Shown here piece after piece: positions 24,306 to 36,081 of a stretch of 52,690 nt of DNA (positions within the stretch are counted from its first letter, which is position 1; each line of letters begins with the position of its first letter). The notes beneath the pieces are model-generated. The model worked only from the letters and a program-made list of their open reading frames with translations. It did no database searches and was not told the DNA's origin. The DNA is from Girardia tigrina. Its lineage: Eukaryota. Position numbers and translations under genes: made by a program. The DNA is taken from assembly GCA_001938485.1 (NCBI GenBank), contig MQRK01183776.1, positions 75,592 through 128,281 of the forward strand, given 5' to 3'.

Positions 24306-25329
24306 AGTATACAATAGTTGGAGCATTAAAGTGAAACATGTAAATAAATTTATATAAAATTCTTCAAATTGAAGTAGTAGAACCTTTTAAAGATAACGCG
24401 GGCCGTCCCCCGGCGAACACGCTGGATAATCGTCCTCTATTCTCTCAATGCTCTCTTTACTTGAGTCTTTAAGAATAAAATGTAGATCATGTAAATATTA
24501 TACGCAAAATAATAACCATACCAACGTGAACGCAGAAGCTACCGGTTGGGCCATACTCATTACCGGTTTGAACCGGAAGGCGCTACGAAATCCATACAGC
24601 TTGCTGATATGCATGGATGAGATGCGTCCGTTTCCCCAATGAGTTGAAAACATAAAGTGATGGTTCGAGAATTGTCATGAGTTGTTGTTTATCTCGGAAA
24701 ACGACTAAGGGCTCAGAGCTCACAAAAATGTTGTTGAGGGAGGGAACGTGACATATTCGTTAAAGGTGTTCTGGGCTGTGTCACATATTTGTTTCAATAG
24801 TCGTCAGAGTTCGACATGTAGGTTATTCTTAAAAAAACTGACTTTTTCTTTACGTGATATAGTAAGAGTTAACGTTTGGCATGAAATCTTGATGTATTTT
24901 CTTATAATGTCTCTAAACAAAATAAGTTCCAGAGAATATGGCCTTATAGCTCATTAGATTATTGAAATCTTGAGAATTTTATAATTAAACAATTTGTGAA
25001 CTAATAAAATTTTAGTTTTCTTTGCCAAAGCCCTCAATCTCGCTACAACGTTCTATGTTTAAATTTGAGATTCCAGAGGGGGTAATTTGATTGCAAAAAA
25101 CAAGAATTTTGATTTAAAACAGACGGATTTGAATGCGAAACCCTGTACTAGATAAACACACAACAAAAGGTGTTACTAAATCCTCGAAATCTCCGACAGA
25201 CAAATTGTCAAATTGGTACTACCGAGCTTCAGCTTCTAGTTTCATTGCTTATAATTGAGGTAGGTTAGATGCTAGACAGATCCAGGGGACATAATTACCT
25301 CCTTTATCCCTCTCCTGGATCTGCCCTTG

Positions 25330-27510
25330 GTGAGGAGAATATGCATAGTACTTTTGTTCATATTTAGATGGGTTGTCAGTTCTCTCATCGTTATTCCTAT
25401 CTTGTTTTGCACGATTATCTGCAGTTTTTCTGAGGTTCTTCCAGATCTTTCTTCGTCCACTACGGAGGTTCTACCCCTCTAAAAGTAATTGAACCAACGA
25501 AAAATTCTTGCTTTTGATGGGTACCCTTGTTGGTAAACAGTTTTCAATTCAGAAAGAATTTCTTCTCCATTTTTTTCCTTAAGAAAGAGAAAGCAAATAA
25601 CGCTAAGGAATTGAGTAGTTTCCAGTGACATTTTTCGAATATTTGCAAAAATTGACTTAAATAATAATAGATACCCTAATTTCTTGTGTATAACCCGCGG
25701 GTTATACGAAAAAAAGTAAGTTTTCCCGAAAATTCGAGAATGCGGGTTATACGATAGGTGCGGGTAATACATAAAATTTTTACTTTAATACATGATACTT
25801 TTATTTTAAAAATTATGCTTGAAAAACCGTGAAATACATGAAATTTATTCAAAGCCATCAAAATCTTCGTCAGACTCAAAATTAAATGCTTCTAGAATAT
25901 CACTATACGGCGTAAGAATTGAAACTANNNNNNNNNNNNNNNNNNNNNNNNNNNNNNNNNNNNNNNNNNNNNNNNNNCTATTATCTTCATTTGTTTGACT
26001 AGCATTATTAATGCTATAAACATGAAGCTTTGATCTCTTGAAGCCATTTTTTACACACTCAGGTGTGACTTCATTCCAACTTTCAAGAACCCAATTTCAA
26101 ACATCTTCATAAGTTGCGCGTTTCATTCTGTTTGTTTTAGTGAATGTGTNNNNNNNNNNNNNNNNNNNNNNNNNNNNNNNNNNNNNNNNNNNNNNNNNNN
26201 NNNNNNNNNNNNNNNNNNNNNNNNNNNNNNNNNNNNNNNNNNNNNNNNNNNNNNNNNNNNNNNNNNNNNNNNNNNNNNNNNNNNNNNNNNNNNNNNNNNN
26301 NNNNNNNNNNNNNNNNNNNNNNNNNNNNNNNNNNNNNNNNNNNNNNNNNNNNNNNNNNNNNNNNNNNNNNNNNNNNNNNNNNNNNNNNNNNNNNNNNNNN
26401 NNNNNNNNNNNNNNNNNNNNNNNNNNNNNNNNNNNNNNNNNNNNNNNNNNNNNNNNNNNNNNNNNNNNNNNNNNNNNNNNNNNNNNNNNNNNNNNNNNNN
26501 NNNNNNNNNNNNNNNNNNNNNNNNNNNNNNNNNNNNNNNNNNNNNNNNNNNNNNNNNNNNNNNNNNNNNNNNNNNNNNNNNNNNNNNNNNNNNNNNNNNN
26601 NNNNNNNNNNNNNNNNNNNNNNNNNNNNNNNNNNNNNNNNNNNNNNNNNNNNNNNNNNNNNNNNNNNNNNNNNNNNNNNNNNNNNNNNNNNNNNNNNNNN
26701 NNNNNNNNNNNNNNNNNNNNNNNNNNNNNNNNNNNNNNNNNNNNNNNNNNNNNNNNNNNNNNNNNNNNNNNNNNNNNNNNNNNNNNNNNNNNNNNNNNNN
26801 NNNNNNNNNNNNNNNNNNNNNNNNNNNNNNNNNNNNNNNNNNNNNNNNNNNNNNNNNNNNNNNNNNNNNNNNNNNNNNNNNNNNNNNNNNNNNNNNNNNN
26901 NNNNNNNNNNNNNNNNNNNNNNNNNNNNNNNNNNNNNNNNNNNNNNNNNNNNNNNNNNNNNNNNNNNNNNNNNNNNNNNNNNNNNNNNNNNNNNNNNNNN
27001 NNNNNNNNNNNNNNNNNNNNNNNNNNNNNNNNNNNNNNNNNNNNNNNNNNNNNNNNNNNNNNNNNNNNNNNNNNNNNNNNNNNNNNNNNNNNNNNNNNNN
27101 NNNNNNNNNNNAAATTCGGTGGTATAAGACTTACGTTTCGGTGGCATTTTTGTTTGGTTTCAAATCCATAATATTTATAATATTAAAACAACATTTTCAA
27201 AACTATTAGATTTTATTTAAATTATTATTGATTATATTAAAAGTACATTAATAGTACATTAATAGGTAGAAATTAAACTGACTTTATTTAAGTGCGGGTT
27301 ATACGTAAAAAATTATACTTTTCATAGAAATTTTTGATATTTTTAATGTGCGGGTTATACATTGGTGCGGGTTATATGCAAGAAATTAGGGTAATTAAAA
27401 CAAAATACATTTTCTTAATTTATATATATAAGTTTAAATAAGTCTCTATCAAGTTTTTTAACTATTATTATTTTTGTACTAGTCTCACGACTTTTTGAGC
27501 ACACAACTTA
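25330..27510 (-). mobile_element. mariner 5' half (HTH region), interrupted by a pogo element
   Basis: MSLETTQFLSVICFLFLK..IFRWFNYF*RGRTSVVDEERSGR at 25330-25631; TIR-like AAGTTGTGTGCTCAAAAAGTCGTGAGAC on the minus strand at ~27480-27510. Confidence 0.7.
25674..27391 (-). mobile_element. pogo-family DNA transposon (interior mostly N-gap)
   Basis: TIRs CCCTAATTTCTTG..TATAACCCGC with flanking TA; subterminal GCGGGTTATAC repeats; MPPKRKSYTTEF (Brinker-type DBD start) and C-terminal WVLESWNEVTPECVKNGFKR. Confidence 0.85.
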
Positions 27511-27942
27511 TTTTTATTTTAAATTCATTATTTTTATGTGCGTGAAAAAATGAAGTGTTCCTCGAAAATTTATTCTAAAAAACTAGTTTAAAAATGTTAT
27601 TTTGCTGTTATTAAGTAAAAGTTTCAAAAATGTCAACTTCTGATCTTTCGACTACAAATTATCACAAACCGAACAAAAATGACGCAAACCTAAGAAAATT
27701 TGGTTAATAATTGTCCTGGTGCCAAATCAACTTGTGATAATAAAAATGTACAGTCATATTAGTGTTATTAATACTATCCTTCGACTAAACTGAAATTGCA
27801 ACATAATTTGAAATTAGATCAATTTAAATGAGACATTAATAAAGAAAGAATATATTAAACAAATATTTTTCATACATATTCTAGACATAAAATGTTTAAA
27901 GAAACACAGCCTTAATGATATGAAATATCGTTGATTAAAAAA

Positions 27943-30900
27943 TCAAACATCATCAGACATCTCCGTCGGTGATCGAATATCGTATGGAGTAGCTTTTTCT
28001 GCCACATAGTCGTCATACGTCAGTTGCTGCTTTTCCTCTTTATACTTCTCCAGTTCGTACGAAACTTTCAAAAACAAATGCACAAGTAAGCAAAACACTG
28101 CAAACGTTATGATAAAAGCGATTGCAGCAAAAGCGTATGACCATGACAGAAAATTATACTGAGGATATTGTATCCATCTTGAATCCTTGCTTTCCACGCC
28201 AAAAGCAATCAATGCCAGTAATAAACAGAGTCCTAAATAAAAATAACTCCAATAAATGCATGAAAAAAAGAATCTATGCTACTTTCTACAAGATTTAAAA
28301 TAATACTAGATATCATCTTTCAATCAAATAGAAATTTAAAATTAGGTTAAGGAACAATGGTTAATTGGCTTTGTGGGCATCCCATCTCTTTCAATGGTAT
28401 TCAGCCGTAGACTATTTAGAGGGTCCACCCCAGCTAAAAAGCACTAGCAGTCACCCGATAGACCTCCTACGAGGTTGCCAGCTTTCCGTTTACAATGTCT
28501 CTTCGGACTCCCAGTAAAACACGACCAACCATGTAAGGATATTCCATGATTTAGCATTCCTTTGGCCGTTCCTGTAGACTTTGAACAGCCAGCGAAGGGA
28601 CAGTTGAAATTTCCTTTTTCAGATAAATCCGTTAAACGGAAATTTAACACTTCTAAGGAGATCGTTTCCGAGATATTCGTTGAAACATTCGTATCGACGG
28701 TCCGTACCTGAATACTGCTTGTAATTGTTGGATTGCCTTCCTTTTTCCAGGTATCGTCGATCAATTTTATCCCACAGCACTAATCGCCATCACAACAGTC
28801 CCCTGCCTTTCTTCTTTGATATTTCTGTTGGATTTGATGGGATTGATTTGCTTCTTCCGTGGAGCAGTACTGACAAGGATAAGGTTTCTGCTTTGTAAAT
28901 TGGCTTTGTAAATATTTAAACACCATCAAAAACTTTTATTATCAGCTCATGTAATTAATTTTGACAGATTACAAATCATCATCAGAAGAATTAAAATTAA
29001 AAATACTTTATACATTAGGATGTCCCAAATGAAATTATCATTTTAAGTCAATAACATTGATTTTCTATTCTGCATCAGAAAGTTAATGTATTACAGAAAT
29101 AGAAAACAAATTTTTGTTTCGCATGATCTTGCCATAAGTGCCAACCTCTACGCCGAGCAGCTGGATTTGGAAATCGCAGAAAGCACTTTTCCAACATGAA
29201 GACACTTCAGCCACTAATTCACGGATAATGCAGCATTTTCTATTTCTATAATACATTAACTTTCTGATGCAGAATTTGGAATCATTTTTACCTTTAATGA
29301 ATTATAATTCATTCATCAAAGTTTGCTTTCTGTCACTTAATATCACTTTTGAGAAAGTTTTCCAGTGCCGTGACACTACTACTCAGACAAATTCAAGGCA
29401 AAAAAATCGGCCATTGCAGTTTTTTCATGATTCTCATATGTAAATTAACGTTCACGTAGAAAATAGGCCAACAAGCGGCACAGGTGAAAATCAAAAAAGG
29501 CGAAGTCAGGGCTATATGCAAAGTGGAGCAAGACTTCAATACTTAACAATTCTTTAATTTCTGCTGAATTATCCGTGAATTAGTGGCTGAAGTGTCTTCA
29601 TGTTGGAAAAATGCTTTCTGTGATTTACAAATCCAGCTGTTCGGCGTTGAGGTTGGCACTGAAGGCAAGATCATGTGAAACAAACTCCCAGTATACAGGC
29701 CTTCTTAATTCAACCACACGCACAATATAATTTTCTTTTTGAAGCGCCCATTTATGACGACATATTGAGCTGGTTGACCAGATTGTAGTTACTAATTTTT
29801 ATTCACTGTGAAAGAAGAGACATTTTTAAATAGAATTGCTAAAAGATTTATTTGAAGAAAACTTGCTACAATCTCTAATTCTACTCTCGGAAACATTCAA
29901 ATGTTTTCCAGCTGATCTATTCCCGATACTCCTAACCAATTGAACAGCTTTTCTTTGAAGTCAATTGAATACACCTTTTTCATCATGAGATTAAAAAAAA
30001 TTTATTTAATAAATACTTATTATTAAAATATTTTATAAAAATAATTCATTTTAATTTATTTTAAATATTTTTACAATCAATATTTTCAAATTATCGATTT
30101 TACAAATACAAATACAAAATAAGGATTTTCAATTTAAATTTAAAGATAAAATATCAATTTAAAACGTGAAACACTACTTCTGTGTGTTTTGTGTGTGGAT
30201 GTTATATTCTTTCTTTTGCTTTTGTACAAAGTCTTGGTTTGATTAGTTTTCCTTTGTACATAAGGATTCCTGTGAGTGATATGTGTTGCGTTTGTGATCA
30301 TTCTTTTTGGTTTTTGATTTTTATCGTGGTCGAAATTTTGTTGGCAACCCAAAACGTTTGGAGCATCTATGGAGTTGTCTAGAGTCTCAGTGTTGGGCAA
30401 CCTGTCAGATTGAAGTGAATCGGATCATGTGAAAAAAAATAAACAAGAATAAAGTCAGTATCCCAAATAAATAATTTAATTCGCATCTCTATCATAAATA
30501 ATAAAAATATTCTTATTTCCCAACAAGGTCATGGCGAACCTTCCTGACAGAAATTACTTCTACTATTCAAAAAACAATGTGTTTTACGGTATTCATATTT
30601 ATATGTTGCTTTTTTGTCTCCTGCGATCAATTGACTTTGGCTTATGAATGTGTTATGAGAAATAAATATCCAAAGTCATACTGTGAAGGTTGTTCCAACA
30701 GGTGTTACAATACGCTGATCAAATGTTATTAGTAAATTAAAATTCTCTGCTGATGAAAATGCAATTCAAAAGCTGACCCATTTTCTTAAAAAAAGATCAA
30801 TCTGAATTTAACAAAACATTATATGAATTTTTATAGTATTGATGGCAATTTCCTAAAGAAAGATAATAATATTTCGGTTGCTGATGATTTTTACACGGTT

Positions 30901-33900
30901 TTAGAAGAGCAGATTCAATTGATAAAGATAGCTGGCGAAAGAAATTTGGCATCAATTAAACGAGAAATAAATATAAATTAAAAATAAAAAAATCAATTAA
31001 CGATTAATTAATATGAAAATTAATTTAAGATTATGGCAACAGTCGTTTTGGCAAGAATGATGATATGTTATGTCGTGAAATAAAATTTGTTATACACTGA
31101 CGGTATTATTTTCTTTGGTTTACTAATTTTGGTTTATTGCTAGTTTTTGATAAGTAATTAATTCAATCCAATTAAGACGTGTCTGTTGGATTGGGTTGAT
31201 TAAGTTTTTTTTGTGGTAAATAAAAATATTGATATCTCTAATTATCGGAGAGTCCGTATTTTTATAGTCTCTTTTAACTAAACAAAGCTTAACCCATCAG
31301 AAAGGTTAATAACTTTCTTGTAAAAATCTCAATTTAAAATGATCAAATCTTATATTATAAATAATGATATTTTTGTGATTACACAGCGACTTGATTTAAA
31401 AAAACAGCGCCTTCGATTAAACGGTTCTCACAAAAACCTTCAATTGTAATAAACGGCACGCCGTTTATTCGAGAAAATACGGCAATTATTATTATTTGAA
31501 TGTTTTAATAAAGTGGTTGAGTGTCACTTGAACATTAATTTTTAGCATTGGGACTGTGAGAAGTGGTTGCAACATCAATATCAGAATTCATTTTTTAACA
31601 CCAAAATTTATTAATATGACAACAATTCACATATTTAAACAAATTTTTCTGTTAATTTAATTATCTCGCCACAAATTAATCTATTAAATTCTTTTCCATT
31701 CAATTTTTAAAATCTTGCAAATTTATTTAATATATTTCACATTAAAACTAAAAATTTATTTTAAAATTTATTTAAAATCTTGCAAATTTATTAAATAATT
31801 TTATTAAAATAAAAACTTCTATTAAAATATATAAATTGTTATGACTGTAAAAATATTTTTATTTATAAATAAATATTTAATATTTTTTGGTTTTCTTATC
31901 ATTTTTATTTTTAAGATATTTATTAGATATATTAAAAGATATTTTTTTATTTTTAAATAGATATTTATTTTTTTATGATTTTCTTTTGTTATACCATTTT
32001 TAATTTCAAAATATTTAAAAAAACACATTAAAAACATATTTTATTTTTAAATACGTATTTGATTTTTTAGGAGTTGTTTTATTATATCATTTTTAATTTT
32101 TAAATATTTAATAAGCATATTAACATTAAAATATTTTGCCTTTTAAATTAAAAAAGTAATAAATCATTCTGGCGAGATGCAAATTTAAATTAACCCCTCA
32201 CAGGGACCAAATTACAACGTTTTGCTCATTGTTTGCTCAATTTTAGTGCATTGTTTTTATAAGGAATTAGTTCATTTTCTTTTCGCTGACAAATTTTAAT
32301 AATTTAAAGAAAGATTAAAATTGTAAAATATAATTAAATTTTTTTAATATCTTAAATTAAATTTGGATACCATTTTTCGTAATATAATTTAAATAAAGTA
32401 TATAATTTTTGAAAATAATAAATAATAATGAAATTTTCCGTGTTATTAACGTTAAACATATGGCCGAGTTTCAAAGTCAATATGAAAAAAATACGAATTG
32501 AGAAAATTAAATTCCAAGAAAACCATCCCAAGTCATGTCAAGAGATTAGCAGTTTACAGCTCAAGAACAACAATGATTTTCAATGAAGGTTAGCAACCCA
32601 GATATCGTGTACAAAGTTTTTACAGGAATATTTGAAGATTCCATAGCTTATCTTTTGCCACACCCTAAATAATAAGCCATAATGTGATCTCGATAATTTG
32701 AACGTGTTGAGTGTGATTTAAAGTTTTTAAAGCTTTGTTACACGTGTCTGCTCTAGTTGTTACAGTAATTGTTATCCTATATAAATATGAATATCAATTG
32801 TTTATCAAACCATAGTAGTTCAGACACGGTTCAAGACGACTATTGTTTACACCCGAACATGATAAAAGAATATTGAGGAAAGAATTATAACTGTGATACC
32901 TCAGATCCGGTGATAAGATTTGTGTTCGATTTTATCTTGCTTTTGGTTTTTGTACAAAGTCTGAGTTGATTAAGTTTTGCTTGTATATAGTTGTTCCTGT
33001 TCCTGATGTGTGGTATGTTTGTGGTTGTGTTTTGTTTTCTTTTCATTTTTGACTTTTCGTAAAAAAAGAAAGTTTTTCGAACACCGTCATAAGAGAAAAA
33101 ACAAAGGCGACGATTAGTATAATATTACTTGATGTCAGCCATACGACCATAAAAGATGATTCAATGCTAAAAAAACAAAACAATTCTAGTGAACAAGAAA
33201 GATTGGCTAACATTTAAATCTTTAGAATGAGAACACCTGTTTGATGTCACGGGGTATAAATATTAAACGCTTGAAAAGAAACATTTCACTGTGAAAGAAC
33301 TGATTCTTACCAAAAAAAGAAAGCATCGCATCGCTAGACGAAATTAATAAATTAAAGTCGAGAAAATCAAATGAATTGGATCTTAAAAATATAAAAGGGA
33401 ATGTCAAAGAAAAGAAGATTAATTATCAATTTTAAAAAAAGCAAAATAATATTTTCAGAATTATTAATGAAATCTAAAAATCGATAAAGATTAATGATTC
33501 AAAATTTTAAAAACAAAAAAAACATTATTATTATTTACCGTGTATTTGTCCTGACAGTTGTATGACTACGTTGAATAAAATTAGTATTTACAGCGGTAAT
33601 TATCTTCTTTTATTTACTGTTTCTTATTTATTTTCGTTTACTGATTACTAATTAATCTAACCCCACTAAGGCATATCAGTTGGGTTGGGTTAATTAAGTA
33701 TTGTTTTTTGCATTTTATTGTAAATAAAAATAGCGGGTCCATTAGATATTTGGATCAACTGTTTTTATAATAACAATAATAAAAGAACATTTTGATAAAT
33801 GATTAATTTTCACTCAGCAAACATTTTGTTCCCATTTATAATTCTATAAAATATTTATTTGGTCCTAGAGAACTTATTCCAATGTTTACCCAGACAAAAT

Positions 33901-34395
33901 CAAACAGAAAATCAAAACCAAATCGAACCGGTAAAGAAGTTCGTCAAGAGCATCGTTGAGATTGTCGTCGTATTGACGTGAGAGAATATCAGCACGGTCT
34001 GACAAATGACGATGAAGGTGGATATGATGTGAGTGATGATCCCGAGCGTGCTCATCACCTGCACCGCGTACAGCCACACTGAAACGATCTCTCTCGTCAA
34101 TCAAGTCTATTTCATCAAATGATTAACCTGGATTCAACCATTCTCTAATTGCATCATATTCAGTATAGTAAATGTAGTAGCATCCAAAATAAGCTCGTTG
34201 ATAATTATAAGGGCGCATGTAACCATTGAAACAGACCGTCCATAGACCGATTCGCATAAACGGGCGATTCTCGCTCGGGTTGGTCGAAATCCAGAATGGA
34301 CTCACATATGCGATGAAATGAAAACAAAATCCTATGATCGTACAATAAGCGATTATTTTGAAAAGGGTTTTAGTATTGCGATCTAGATCATTCAT
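27943..34395 (-). CDS. Invertebrate claudin / PMP22-Claudin family tetraspan (kune-kune/megatrachea-like), 3 exons, 235 aa: join(34395-34128, 34078-33929, 28232-27943)
   Basis: SPFW..GLW-x-V-C..GC claudin loop-1 signature; four hydrophobic segments; FG..W..P..N.LSWSY motif; GT-AG introns (49 nt and 5696 nt) with matching phase 1; spliced length 708 nt. Confidence 0.9.
28343..28900 (-). mobile_element. Probable non-LTR retrotransposon 3' fragment (C-terminal zinc finger) in claudin intron 2
   Basis: CPFAGCSKSTGTAKGMLNHGISLH C2H2-like finger followed by a stop and a short TAACCT-type tail. Confidence 0.4.
29700..29985 (-). mobile_element. pogo-like transposase N-terminal (Brinker/HTH) remnant
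   Basis: MKKVYSIDFKEK..VQLVRSIGNRSAGKHLNVSESRIRD with frameshift; a pogo-like end TTATTCGAGAAAATACGG at ~31465-31482 may belong to it. Confidence 0.55.
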
Positions 34396-34745
34396 CAATA
34401 CTAAATCGGAAAATTGTTTGAAAAAAAATTAAAGGAAAGATATTTAAAATATCGTTATTTATTCTCTAATTCTTTTAGTGTAGTAAAACAAAGATTTAAA
34501 ATTATTATTTAAGTTCATGTCTGTTTTTGATTTTGTAATGATGTTTGTATTAATTTTCAGGTGCTTTTTTCATTGATGAATGTTTATATTTTAAATTAAA
34601 TTTTGGTTAGAATTAAATCAACGACCCGTGTGATAATTTCACTAATTTTTTATTGATTTAATATATATATATATATTTCATTTTAATTATTTTTTAATAT
34701 ATTAATAGTGTTACAAAATTACACTTTAACACATTTATAATATAA

Positions 34746-35138
34746 TTATTAATAAAAATTTTTTTTATAAAAACAACCACGTTTTTCAAGCATTACCAAT
34801 GCACTAAAAGAGGAAAATAATTTTTTTTCTAGACATGTGAGAAATTTTATACCTAACCAAAAANNNNNNNNNNNNNNNNNNNNNNNNNNNNNNNNNNNNN
34901 NNNNNNNNNNNNNTATACCTAACCAAAAACGTGGGGCGGATTTCTGAATTACTGCTATTAGTAACTGCTATTTCCTCTTTACTGCTTTTTAGTAACAATC
35001 GATCATTTCTATGCCCCACGTTTTTGGTTATGCATAAAATTTCGCACATGTCTAGAAAAAAAATTATTTTCCTCGTTTTAGTGCATTGGTAATGCTTGAA
35101 AAACGTGGTTGTTTTTATAAAATTTTTTTTATTAATAA
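34746..35138. mobile_element. Foldback/MITE with ~130-bp imperfect TIRs just upstream of the claudin gene
   Basis: 34746-34863 plus 34914-34937 is the reverse complement of ~35012-35138; a short N-gap lies inside the left arm. Confidence 0.75.
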
Positions 35139-36081
35139 AATTATTTAACTATTTTTAGTTATCATTTAGGAATTCAAATCTTTCGATTGATTTCGAATAA
35201 CAGAAATGATAATAAAACCAAAATAACAAAGTTTTATTTCAAAATAATATTTAAACCTAATTTTAATACTTCTACACTTAATTATCACTTGATTTTCAAA
35301 ATATTTGTTCAATTTATTAATTTTTTCCGTACATCCGTAAAGTAAATGTTTTAAAATATTGTATTGTCATCAGAAGCAAGCCTGTATAAAAAAATTCAGC
35401 TCAATTGGATGACTGAAAGTGGTCGAAAAATCAATCGCAAGATTTGTTCCAGACAGACAAGAAACCAAGCTAAGAAAAACGTGGTAAAAATAGAAAAATA
35501 TTTGGAAAAATAAATTCTGTGTTCTATTTAATTTAAAATTGATCTAATATGTACCTAAACGCATAACGCTTTATATTACTTTAAATCAAAATAAAATTGT
35601 CCAAATTTTAACAAAATTTTTTATTTAATCCGAAACAAATTCCATTTTAAAATAAAACATTTTCAACTTAAAGTAAAAATCTCATTATAATTTTAAATTG
35701 TTTTCTTAAATTTTGGAAAATTTTTAAAATTACTTTTATGATTTTAGAAAATTAAATTGTTTATTAACTGGTTTTAGGTAGCTGTGAACCGACTTGTAAA
35801 AATAAGTATGCATTTCATGTCTTCAAATATCAAATTTTACAAATATATTTTTGCTAAATATCAAAATGGAGATCAATTTTAAAATTTTATAATTGAATAA
35901 TAAATTAAAAATGCAATTATTGCAAGGACTAAAATTACAATAACATTTTCAATAGATTAAATCAAAATAACACAGAACGTCTGTAAATAATACAGAGTTT
36001 TTAGCAATAATGTCGTCTCAATAATACTTCATAATAATTTATTTTGACTAAATTAATGTTCCTTGAAAGTTTATCTGAATA

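Noticed and set aside
26137-27171. Long ORFs in the track
   Set aside because: N-gap artefacts; only the MPPKRKSYTTEF start is real and belongs to the pogo element.
34848-34930. Direct repeat TATACCTAACCAAAAA across the gap
   Set aside because: Most likely an unmerged contig overlap.
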